The notes under the pieces were generated by a model. That model saw nothing but the letters and a program-made list of their open reading frames with translations. It searched no databases and was not told the DNA's origin. This document shows, piece after piece, positions 18,897 through 26,163 of a DNA stretch of 64,000 nt (its first letter is position 1; each line of letters starts with the position of its first letter). This DNA is from a candidate division FCPU426 bacterium. GTDB taxonomy: Bacteria > Oederibacteriota > Muellerivitia > Muellerivitales > Muellerivitaceae. The stretch is from the NCBI GenBank assembly GCA_963847625.1, contig CAWKAR010000039.1:1-64000 (forward strand). The letters are read 5' to 3'. Position numbers and translations under genes: made by a program.

Positions 18897-19330
18897 GGGG
18901 ATAAACTGCCCACATTCCTGGTGTCATTTTCCGACAAGGGAGGATAACCCGCCCACAAACCCAGTGTCATCTACCGGCAGGGGAGGATAACCCGCCCACA
19001 AACCCAGTACACAGGGCCGCGAACCCAGTACGCAGGAGGATAAACCGCCCACATTCCCAGTACACAAGGCCGCGAACCCAGTACGCAGGAGGATAAACCG
19101 CCCACAAACCCAGTACACAAGGCCGCGAACCCAATACGCAGGAGGATAAACCGCCCACATTCCCAGTACACAAGGCCGCGAACCCAGTGCAGGGGAGGAT
19201 AAACTGCCCACATTCCTAATGTCATATGCCGGTAAGAGAGGATAAACTGCCCACATTCCCGGGAACATCCGTCGGAATGGGAGATAAACTGCCCACATTC
19301 CCGTCGGCATTCCGGGAAACCTGGTGTCAT
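18897..19330. repeat. Non-coding tandem array of nine GATAA(A/C)C(T/C)GCCCACA(TT/AA)CC cores
   Basis: GATA at 18900, 18943, 18986, 19039, 19092, 19145, 19198, 19241 and 19283; periods 43, 43, 53, 53, 53, 53, 43, 42. Confidence 0.92.
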
Positions 19331-19395
19331 TTCCTAGATTTTCTGCACTTACGCCTTACCGCCCTTACCGGGTTCCCTTGTTCCCGAATTTCCTG

Positions 19396-19465
19396 GTTCC
19401 AGGCCGGTTCCAGAGTTCCAGGGTTCTCAAGTTCCAGTGGTTCCAGGCCAGTTCCAGAGTTCCCG
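19396..19465. repeat. GTTCCAG heptamer cluster
   Basis: Exact copies at 19396, 19407, 19415, 19431, 19440 and 19451, plus variants. Confidence 0.85.
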
Positions 19466-19607
19466 GCCAACTTGCGGTGAGTGGTTCGAGAGCCTCACCA
19501 TAGCCGACCAACGGCACTGCTATACGCTGTGCCGATCATCCTTAAAAACATATTGAGATCGGTACGATACCGGCCTCCTTATAAGCTTAATTAATGGCTG
19601 GCATGCG

Positions 19608-19847
19608 GTGCGTGTAGCTCGAATCCGTTTCGATGATGAAGAATTGGTTTTGAGGCTATTGGACCATGTCCAGCGGAACGGCCAAGCCAAAACCGGCGGG
19701 TTGGTTGATGCCTTGGGCAGTCCAAGGCGAACCGTGATCCGTAACCTGAACAAGTTAATCGCGGATGGGCGGTTGGTCCGGGAAGGCCATGGCGCCGGCG
19801 TGGTTTACCGGCTCAACAACAACCTGAAAGAAGATAGGTTCAATTAA
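19608..19847 (+). CDS. Small stand-alone winged helix-turn-helix protein
   Basis: LLDHVQRNG..KTGGLVDALGSPRRTVIRNLNKLIADGRLVREGHGAGVVYRL fits the DeoR/Fic-C-terminal-type wHTH pattern; the GTG start is uncertain. Confidence 0.72.
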   Translation: MRVARIRFDDEELVLRLLDHVQRNGQAKTGGLVDALGSPRRTVIRNLNKLIADGRLVREGHGAGVVYRLNNNLKEDRFN

Positions 19848-19870
19848 CAATCCAACTGGGTCCGAATTAC

Positions 19871-19932
19871 TTAAAATGTTGTCTGTCAGCCAGGCCCCAT
19901 AAATTTAAAATGTTGAATGTTGGCCAGACCCC
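19871..19932. repeat. Two 28-bp direct repeats ending GCCAG(G/A)CCCC, resembling the RAYT terminal repeat
   Basis: 19871-19898 and 19905-19932 are 23/28 identical; the last 12 nt of the second copy match 23902-23913 at 10/12. Confidence 0.7.
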
Positions 19933-20156
19933 TTTTTCTTGCTGTTTTTACCCATGCATCTGGACATTGTGGGATTGTTGTTGGTGCCGAACAAACTGCT
20001 TCGGGTGATTCAACTGTGCCTGGTGCGCCAGGTGAAATTACAATCAGTAATTTTGGTTTTCGTTCACTAGCTGAAATAAATAGTATTCATCAATACGGAT
20101 GGAAAGCGAGAGCCGTAGTAAGAAGATTCACAAGTGAAACTGGTTATACTTACTAG
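19933..20156 (+). pseudogene. 5'-truncated polymorphic-toxin C-terminal fragment (NlpC/P60/CHAP-like His motif)
   Basis: SGHCGIVVG motif, AT-rich sequence, begins abruptly after the repeat, and is followed by an ankyrin gene. Confidence 0.5.
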
Positions 20157-20178
20157 GATTGTTTTTTAAGGAGAAGTT

Positions 20179-20801
20179 GTGAAAAAGAGGCGCATTAATA
20201 TTTTAATAATACTAGTTTTGGCTATGTTGTTATTAATTGTTCCAAGAACTCAATGGGGCTCGAACTTTTTATGTTATGCAGCATCTTACGGAGACGAGAA
20301 GCTAGTCAAGGCTTTATTGCTTTTGGGAGGAGATCCAAATAAAGGTGATTTGAATGGAGAAACGGCGCTTTGAATTCTAATGAGAAAAACAATCCCGTGT
20401 TTTGTATTGAACAAGGGTTAACAGCCGATTTGTACATTGATTTACTTTTAAAACATGGTGTTGATATTAATAGACCGACACCAGGTGGCTATACGCCTTT
20501 GATGAAGTTTGCTGAACATGGCAATTTGCCTATTGTTGTTAAGCTAGTAAAAAATGGCGCAAATGTGAATGCCGTCAGTCTAGAGGGGCACACTGCATTG
20601 GGAGAAGCTGTTTATTATGGGAATAGCACAGAAGTTGTAGAGTTTTTGATTAATTCTGGGGCTGATTGTAAGGTGCGGTATAAAGGGAAAAGTTTGTTGG
20701 AAATAGCGAAAACAGGACTAAAAGAATACGAAGAGGTTAATAATGCTATGGTAGTTGAAAGATATACTCGAATTAAGAAAGCCTTGGAAAGTTGCAAATA
20801 A
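20179..20801 (+). pseudogene. Ankyrin-repeat protein with N-terminal hydrophobic segment, frameshifted near 20369 (candidate immunity protein)
   Basis: GETAL in the first frame continues as GYTPLMKFAEHGN...GANVN...GHTAL in the next frame; removing one base in GCGCTTTGAAT joins them. Confidence 0.75.
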
Positions 20802-20847
20802 AATCGGAATACGGTGTTTGCTAATGCGAAATCTTAGTAATAAAAAA

Positions 20848-21183
20848 ATGATACATTCAATATTCATTTTAACCTTGGTCATGGCCCAAGGGGTGGTCTT
20901 TGGCGCGGCACAGCCTACACCTGTCAACGTACACGTTCAGCGTTCCCCTATGGACAAGGTTGTCATCCGTCTACGTCAACAGAACATCCAAATTCAACGA
21001 GATTTGAGAGCGGGTAAGCTGACCAAGGACCAAGCCAAGAGCCTCAAGACCCAGGTGGAGACCATCCGAAAACAACAGATAACTTTTTTGAAGCAAAACG
21101 GCACCAAGACCCTGACTGATGCCCAGGTGGCGCAGTTGAACGGGCAGTTGAACGCCCTTTCGAAGTCGATACCTATTAGGTGA
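20848..21183 (+). CDS. Small secreted helical protein, paralog of 12199-12615
   Basis: KLTKDQAK...NGTKTLTDAQ aligns with KLTKDEAK...NGKRELTEDQ; the start is uncertain (20824 or 20848). Confidence 0.7.
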   Translation: MIHSIFILTLVMAQGVVFGAAQPTPVNVHVQRSPMDKVVIRLRQQNIQIQRDLRAGKLTKDQAKSLKTQVETIRKQQITFLKQNGTKTLTDAQVAQLNGQLNALSKSIPIR

Positions 21184-21214
21184 CAAACAGTTTATTTTAA
21201 AAAAGGAGGCAGTT

Positions 21215-21379
21215 ATGAAGCGTTTAATTTTAGTCGCAGTGGCGGCATCCATCACGATGGGGATAAGCCTGGCCCAGGCGGCAACGTCCGCGCCGACGTC
21301 GGTAAAGGCTCCCAAGGCGGTGATGGCACCCAAAGCGGTAATGACACCTAACCCCGCTTTGAAAAACGTAAACATATAA
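21215..21379 (+). pseudogene. 3'-truncated secreted protein (54 aa), probably the same family as its upstream neighbour
   Basis: AAGGAGG RBS; MKRLILVAVAASITMGISLAQA signal peptide; Ala/Pro/Lys linker; TAA falls exactly at the IS left end. Not in the ORF track. Confidence 0.6.
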
Positions 21380-21491
21380 GATAGCATGTATGGGCCAGCA
21401 ACCTACGTAGTAGCTTTGATCAATAGTAGCTGATCAAAATAACGCGGGTTGCTCCTGGTAAGGAGCCTATCCGCATACGGAGGGCTGACCC

Positions 21492-22598
21492 ATGGGAAAT
21501 AATAGCACGGTGGTAGGGCTGGATGTTCATAAGGAAACGATCACGATTGCAGTTTTAAGGCCCGACAAGGATCGTCCTGATCCCTCGGTTACGGTTGAAA
21601 ATCAGCCATCAATCATTGAAAAGAAAGTACGGGAACTTAATCGCCGCCATGCCCCACTGGAATTCGTTTATGAGGCTGGGCCTGGGGGATTTGCTTTGTA
21701 TAGGCAGATTACCCAATTGGGACACCCTTGTGCGGTGATTGCGCCCGCATGGATGCCGATGAAACCTGGGGACCGAGTCAAGACGGACCGAAAGGACGCA
21801 GAAAAGCTGTCTTGGTATTGGCGCATGAGGGATTTGAAAGAAGTCCGGGTACCCACGCCCGAAGAAGAATCCGTGAGGGATTTGCTGCGTGTCCGGGAAG
21901 ATGTTCTCGCAAACCAGTTGAGAGCCCGTCATCGGTTATTGAAATTCCTGCTTAGGCAAGGCCGGATTTATCGGGGTGGCAAACACTGGACCCAAGCCCA
22001 TAGGGAATGGTTGAGACACCAGAAGTTTGAGCTGCCAAATCTCGTAAAGACCTATGAAGCGAATTACCGAATTTTGGCTGAGATTGACGTGCACTTGGCT
22101 GATTTGAATTGTGAAGTTGAATTGCTGGCACAAGACGAGAAATATCGAATTGCTGTCAGCTATTTGAAATGCCTGAAAGGCGTTAACACACTCACGGCCA
22201 TGACTTTATTAGCAGAAAGCGGAGATTTCAGGCGGTTTAAAAACGCCCGCAGTTATATGCGATATACGGGAATGGTCAGTTGGGAAGACAGCACCGGAAG
22301 CCATGTTTACCGGGGCGGGATTGTCAAATCCGGAAATGCCCATTTGAGGCGAGTGCTAGTCCAAGGGGCATGGACCTATCAGCTACGAAGCCTTGGGAGT
22401 CCAACACTCGCTAAACGGAGAAAAGGTTGTCCCCCGGAAGTTATACATTTAGCACGAAAAGCTGATGAACGTTTGCATTTGAAGTTTCGGCGGATGGTAA
22501 GCCGAAACAAACGGTCTCAGGTGGCGGTAGTGGCCATCGCACGGGAATTGGCTGGCTTTATCTGGGCGATTGGACAGATGATCCCATCCGATCAGTAA
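21492..22598 (+). CDS. IS110-family DEDD recombinase/transposase
   Basis: VGLDVHK, YEAGP and KTDRKDA in the RuvC-like domain; Y(T)GMVSWEDSTG serine loop; KSGNAHLRRVL; VAVVAIARELAGFIWA. Confidence 0.96.
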   Translation: MGNNSTVVGLDVHKETITIAVLRPDKDRPDPSVTVENQPSIIEKKVRELNRRHAPLEFVYEAGPGGFALYRQITQLGHPCAVIAPAWMPMKPGDRVKTDRKDAEKLSWYWRMRDLKEVRVPTPEEESVRDLLRVREDVLANQLRARHRLLKFLLRQGRIYRGGKHWTQAHREWLRHQKFELPNLVKTYEANYRILAEIDVHLADLNCEVELLAQDEKYRIAVSYLKCLKGVNTLTAMTLLAESGDFRRFKNARSYMRYTGMVSWEDSTGSHVYRGGIVKSGNAHLRRVLVQGAWTYQLRSLGSPTLAKRRKGCPPEVIHLARKADERLHLKFRRMVSRNKRSQVAVVAIARELAGFIWAIGQMIPSDQ

Positions 22599-22626
22599 TA
22601 GATCCGATGAGAAGAAAAAGAAGGAC

Positions 22627-22828
22627 GAGCTCTGATTTCAGGAGCGTGGCGCGGCACGGAGAACCCTCGACGACCCCTTGTGCAATGAAGTCTTATTTCA
22701 TGACGCACGGACAAAGATCGAGGCAGCTCCCGACGACAGGTCATCATGCGTCCCTGCCCTTTGGGGTAATACGCGAATATCAGTTTGATCAACCGTCGGA
22801 AATGGCTACGCTCTTGGAATCAGGGCTC
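22627..22828 (+). ncRNA. Putative bridge RNA / seekRNA of the IS1111-group element
   Basis: A 24-bp closing stem (22627-22650 with 22805-22828; 20 WC + 4 G-U) encloses two stem-loops with internal loops; GACCCCTT matches the target and ATATCAG matches the donor junction. Confidence 0.8.
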
Positions 22829-22918
22829 TGTCGTGCTGGTCCGTGAAAAGACCAACACCCTAGAATCTGAAGGTTGACTGGCCCATACATATCAGGGGTC
22901 AGGCCTGAAAATAGAAAA

Positions 22919-22947
22919 TTGACGAAATGGTATAGGATGTTTATTCT
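22919..22947 (+). promoter_or_regulatory. Putative sigma70 promoter of the RAYT gene, likely leaderless
   Basis: TTGACG-N17-TATTCT; the ATG starts 7 nt after the -10 box and there is no SD. Confidence 0.6.
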
Positions 22948-22953
22948 TTACGC

Positions 22954-23889
22954 ATGAGAAAACCAAGGGTTCATTATCAAGGCGGTTTGTACCATGTGAT
23001 CGCGCGTGGAAACCAAAGACAAAAAGTATTCCTCGGCAAAGAGGATTATTTCAAGTATTTGAAATTAATGGATGATTATTTAGAACAACACGGAATAACA
23101 ATATATGCCTATTGTTTGATGCCCAATCACGTACATGTGTTAGTCGAACAATCCACCGACCAGCCATTGTCCCGTTATATGCAAAGGCTCCAAAGTGCTT
23201 ACACCAGTTACTTCAACCGTAAACATAAGAAAGTAGGGCATTTATTCCAGGGCCGTTATAAAGCCATTTTGGTGGATAAAGATACATACTTGTTGGAGTT
23301 GATCCGGTATATCCACTTAAATCCCATGCGGGCGAAACTTGAGGAAAAGGTAGGTGTTTATCCCTGGACTGGACATGCGCAATACCTGGGTATGGTCAGG
23401 GGAAATGCAGTGAGAATTGACACGGGAAAGATATTGCCCATGTTTGGAAAGATCGGTAAAAAAGCTATTAAGGCCTATCGGCGTTTCGTATTGGAAGGTG
23501 TTGGCCAGGGGCATCAGGAGGAATTCTACGACCTCAGGAGGGGCCACATATTGGGGGGAGAGGATTTCGAAATCCAGGTGCATGAAAAGATCCTCAACCA
23601 AAAGGTGGAGCCGAGCTTAAAGATAAAAGCATCGATGGACCGTATATGGGAAAAGATCAAGGAAAGGGAAGGGGTAAAGGATGATCCAATAGGGTGGAAA
23701 AGAAGCCGTTGCATGGGAGAGGCGGCCTATTTGGGGGTGGAAGGATGCGGGCAAACCCAAAAGGAAGTGGCGAAATTTTTCGATGTAGATCCGACCACGA
23801 TTAACAAATCGTTGAAACGTTTGAAGAGAGTGTGGAAAGAGAACCCGCGGGAGGCGAAAGAATTTCAGCATTGGGCAAAGACGTTATAA
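22954..23889 (+). CDS. REP-associated tyrosine transposase-like HUH endonuclease (Y1) with C-terminal HTH
   Basis: YHVIARGN, YCLMPNHVH (HUH), GHLFQGRYK, RYIHLNP (catalytic Tyr), YPWT; C-terminal QKEVAKFFDVDPTTI HTH. Confidence 0.93.
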   Translation: MRKPRVHYQGGLYHVIARGNQRQKVFLGKEDYFKYLKLMDDYLEQHGITIYAYCLMPNHVHVLVEQSTDQPLSRYMQRLQSAYTSYFNRKHKKVGHLFQGRYKAILVDKDTYLLELIRYIHLNPMRAKLEEKVGVYPWTGHAQYLGMVRGNAVRIDTGKILPMFGKIGKKAIKAYRRFVLEGVGQGHQEEFYDLRRGHILGGEDFEIQVHEKILNQKVEPSLKIKASMDRIWEKIKEREGVKDDPIGWKRSRCMGEAAYLGVEGCGQTQKEVAKFFDVDPTTINKSLKRLKRVWKENPREAKEFQHWAKTL

Positions 23890-23950
23890 TTTTCTTTTTT
23901 CAGGCCTGACCCCCGATTTTTACCCTGGATGCCTTACAATGGGCGCCGCC

Positions 23951-25180
23951 ATGAAACAAGAACAGAAAAACTACCTGCTGGGCATCCTCCACGAGGGGTT
24001 GTGGGGAACGGGCTATGGGTTTTTCATGCCCACCACTATCCTGTCCATGGCCCTGGTGGCCTTGGGGCAGTCGGCCTTCGTGGTGGGGCTGTTGAACGCG
24101 TTTTTTTTCGCCGGGATTTACCTTCCCCAGGCTTTTTCCGCCCTGGGCCTGCCACCCCGTTTCACGAACCCCAAACCCCTGGCTTGGCTTCACGTGCCGG
24201 CCATCACGGGACCCTTGGTCGCAAGTTTGGGATTTTTCCTGGTGCCCCAAGGCCTGACTACCGTAAGGCTTTTATTTCTTTTTTCCGGTTTTACCTTGTT
24301 CGCGGTTGGCGTCGGGGTTGTCGTGCCCCATTGGGTGGCTTTCATCGGACGGAGCATTGCCGTCAACAGGAGGGGGCGGTATTTCGGCACCAGCTTTTTC
24401 GCCTCGGGCCTATGCAGTACCGTCTCCGGATGGCTGGCCGGCCGCTGGGCCGTCCAGGGGAGGCTCCAATGGGGCTATGCGCTAAGTTTCCTTTGCGCCG
24501 TGCCCCTGCTGGCCGCCAGCGTTTTGGTTTTAACCCGCATGAAGCCCCTCCTCCCCAAACCGGAACCCCCGCCCGCCCAGGCGCTGCGAAATAGTTTCCG
24601 TCTCATTAAAAACAAGCTGGCGGAGAGCGCGCCGTTCCGCGCCGGTATCTCGCTGGTGGTGCTGTTGATCATCACCGCCTCCTCAGGCTCCCTCTTTATC
24701 GTCTACCTGCAGAAAGTCGTTCTGGTAGATGCATCCTGGCTCCCATTTTTCACCCCGGCCATGACCTTGGGCGGCATGGCAGGAGCCTATCTATTGGGCC
24801 ATGTGGCGGACCATAGGGGCATCCGCGGCGCCTACACCCTGGCCTTTTTAAACGGCCTATTGGCGCTGGCGCTGGTTTTCTTTTTCAGGAACCCCATTCT
24901 CAACAGCTTGGCTTTCGCCTGCCTGGGATGCCTGATCTCATCTTTCTCGGTCGTCAATTCGGTGATGATCCTGAAACTGGCGGGGCGGAAGGAAAGCAGC
25001 ATCCAGATGGGATTTTTCAACACCCTGATGGGTCCCTGGAATTTCATCGCGCCATTATTTTCGGGCTGGCTGGCGGGCTATTTTGGGTATGGTTGGGCTT
25101 TTTCGCTGTCCGCGGCCTGCGTCCTTTCGGGTTTCGGGATTCTCGCCTTCCACCGGTCGTGGGAAACGAAGGCACGGTAG
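23951..25180 (+). CDS. MFS transporter
   Basis: About 12 hydrophobic segments; RRGRYFG and GHVADHRGIR (MFS motif A-like). Confidence 0.85.
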   Translation: MKQEQKNYLLGILHEGLWGTGYGFFMPTTILSMALVALGQSAFVVGLLNAFFFAGIYLPQAFSALGLPPRFTNPKPLAWLHVPAITGPLVASLGFFLVPQGLTTVRLLFLFSGFTLFAVGVGVVVPHWVAFIGRSIAVNRRGRYFGTSFFASGLCSTVSGWLAGRWAVQGRLQWGYALSFLCAVPLLAASVLVLTRMKPLLPKPEPPPAQALRNSFRLIKNKLAESAPFRAGISLVVLLIITASSGSLFIVYLQKVVLVDASWLPFFTPAMTLGGMAGAYLLGHVADHRGIRGAYTLAFLNGLLALALVFFFRNPILNSLAFACLGCLISSFSVVNSVMILKLAGRKESSIQMGFFNTLMGPWNFIAPLFSGWLAGYFGYGWAFSLSAACVLSGFGILAFHRSWETKAR

Positions 25181-25229
25181 AATTTTAGGGAAATACCCAT
25201 ATAAACTATTAATTTCAAGAGGAGGTTTC

Positions 25230-25856
25230 ATGGGGCTGGGCGGAATCATTCTTCTCATCCTGATCGCGGCCGTCGTTGGCTATATCCTCGTGACTGAAAT
25301 ACCCTGGCGGAAAAAGGGAACGCCCCCACCCCAAGGGTCCGAGGAGATGCCGAAGGTTTCGGCGGTCTTAGTCCCGGCCCCGGAGGGAATGGTGGAAGCC
25401 CTGACCCCTTCCTGGCAGAGGGAAGTCACGGAAAAATTAAAAGAGGAAGGTTTCATCCTGGTGGGGGACTACTCCTACCCGGCCCTCCATTTCTTCTGGA
25501 CCCGGACCCTGATCTCCCCGGACAAAAAATCCGTTTTGCTTCTGGTCAATTGGGTGGAAGGCAAGGAAGGCGGGAAGGTGGTCATCCCCAACCTGGAAAT
25601 TTATTCCTTCACCGCAAATTCCTTTCTCCTGACCGCCTGTTCCCAGGATGGCGCCGCCCGCCTCCTGACCGGAGCCAACCGCCCCCCGGAAAAGTACTTA
25701 TCCCTCCACCTCAAGGCTGTCTTCGCCGAAAGCTCGATTCGCCCCATTATGCAAGAACACCAGAAACGCCTGGAAGAATGGGAGGCTGGGGGCCATCCGG
25801 CGCGCGAACTCAACCGAAACAACGTTTTGCCCAGTCTCTCGAAGGCGTTTTCCTGA
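25230..25856 (+). CDS. Hypothetical membrane-anchored protein
   Basis: AGGAGG RBS before the ATG at 25230; N-terminal TM helix. Confidence 0.7.
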   Translation: MGLGGIILLILIAAVVGYILVTEIPWRKKGTPPPQGSEEMPKVSAVLVPAPEGMVEALTPSWQREVTEKLKEEGFILVGDYSYPALHFFWTRTLISPDKKSVLLLVNWVEGKEGGKVVIPNLEIYSFTANSFLLTACSQDGAARLLTGANRPPEKYLSLHLKAVFAESSIRPIMQEHQKRLEEWEAGGHPARELNRNNVLPSLSKAFS

Positions 25857-25907
25857 ACGGGACTAGAAAAATTTACCTAGTCAAAAAGCGTTAAGCAAAA
25901 CCAAGTA

Positions 25908-26090
25908 CTTAGCCACGGATTCAGGGGATGTGCCGATTCACCCCTAAAGCAGTTAAGGAATTCGGTACTATACCGAACTTTCATTGAAAGCTTTAATGAG
26001 GTTCGGCATGCATTTAGATTGGGCTAAGAAAAAAGGCTTTAAATATTAGTGTTTGTTAAATCCCATGAATCCCATGCATCCGTGGCTAGA
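25908..26090. repeat. ~102-bp inverted-repeat miniature element (copy 1) carrying an 80-bp nested palindromic insertion
   Basis: Ends TAGCCACGGATTCAGGGGAT and ATCCCATGCATCCGTGGCTA; after removing 25931-26010 it aligns with the reverse complement of 50154-50255. Confidence 0.85.
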
Positions 26091-26163
26091 TTTATTTTGG
26101 ACAGATATGATTTATGGTATCTTTTAGGGCGCTCGCTTGGAACCCCAGATAAGGAAGAAGACG

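Larger units (their letters stand above)
21379..22893 (+). mobile_element. IS110-family element, IS1111 group
   Basis: Subterminal IRs ATGTATGGGCCAGCAACCT (21386-21404) and AGGTTGACTGGCCCATACAT (22871-22890), lying 7 and 3 nt from the ends; AG core at 21379-80 and 22894-95; long 3' non-coding region. Confidence 0.92.
22895..23913 (+). mobile_element. RAYT-like Y1 nuclease locus bounded by 26-bp inverted repeats beginning GGGGTCAGG
   Basis: GGGGTCAGGCCTGAAAATAGAAAATT (22895-22920) matches the reverse complement of 23888-23913 at 25/26. Confidence 0.85.

Noticed and set aside
18897..19330. CRISPR array
   Set aside because: The intervening segments are related or identical, the cores are degenerate and not palindromic, and there are no cas genes in the window.
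18924..19330. Repetitive minus-strand ORFs in the track
   Set aside because: All three frames show the same peptide words because the period is 53 bp; they are by-products of a non-coding repeat.
22954..23889. IS200/IS605 element with TnpB or omega-RNA
   Set aside because: There is no tnpB/iscB ORF; the protein is longer, has a C-terminal HTH and is bounded by inverted repeats.
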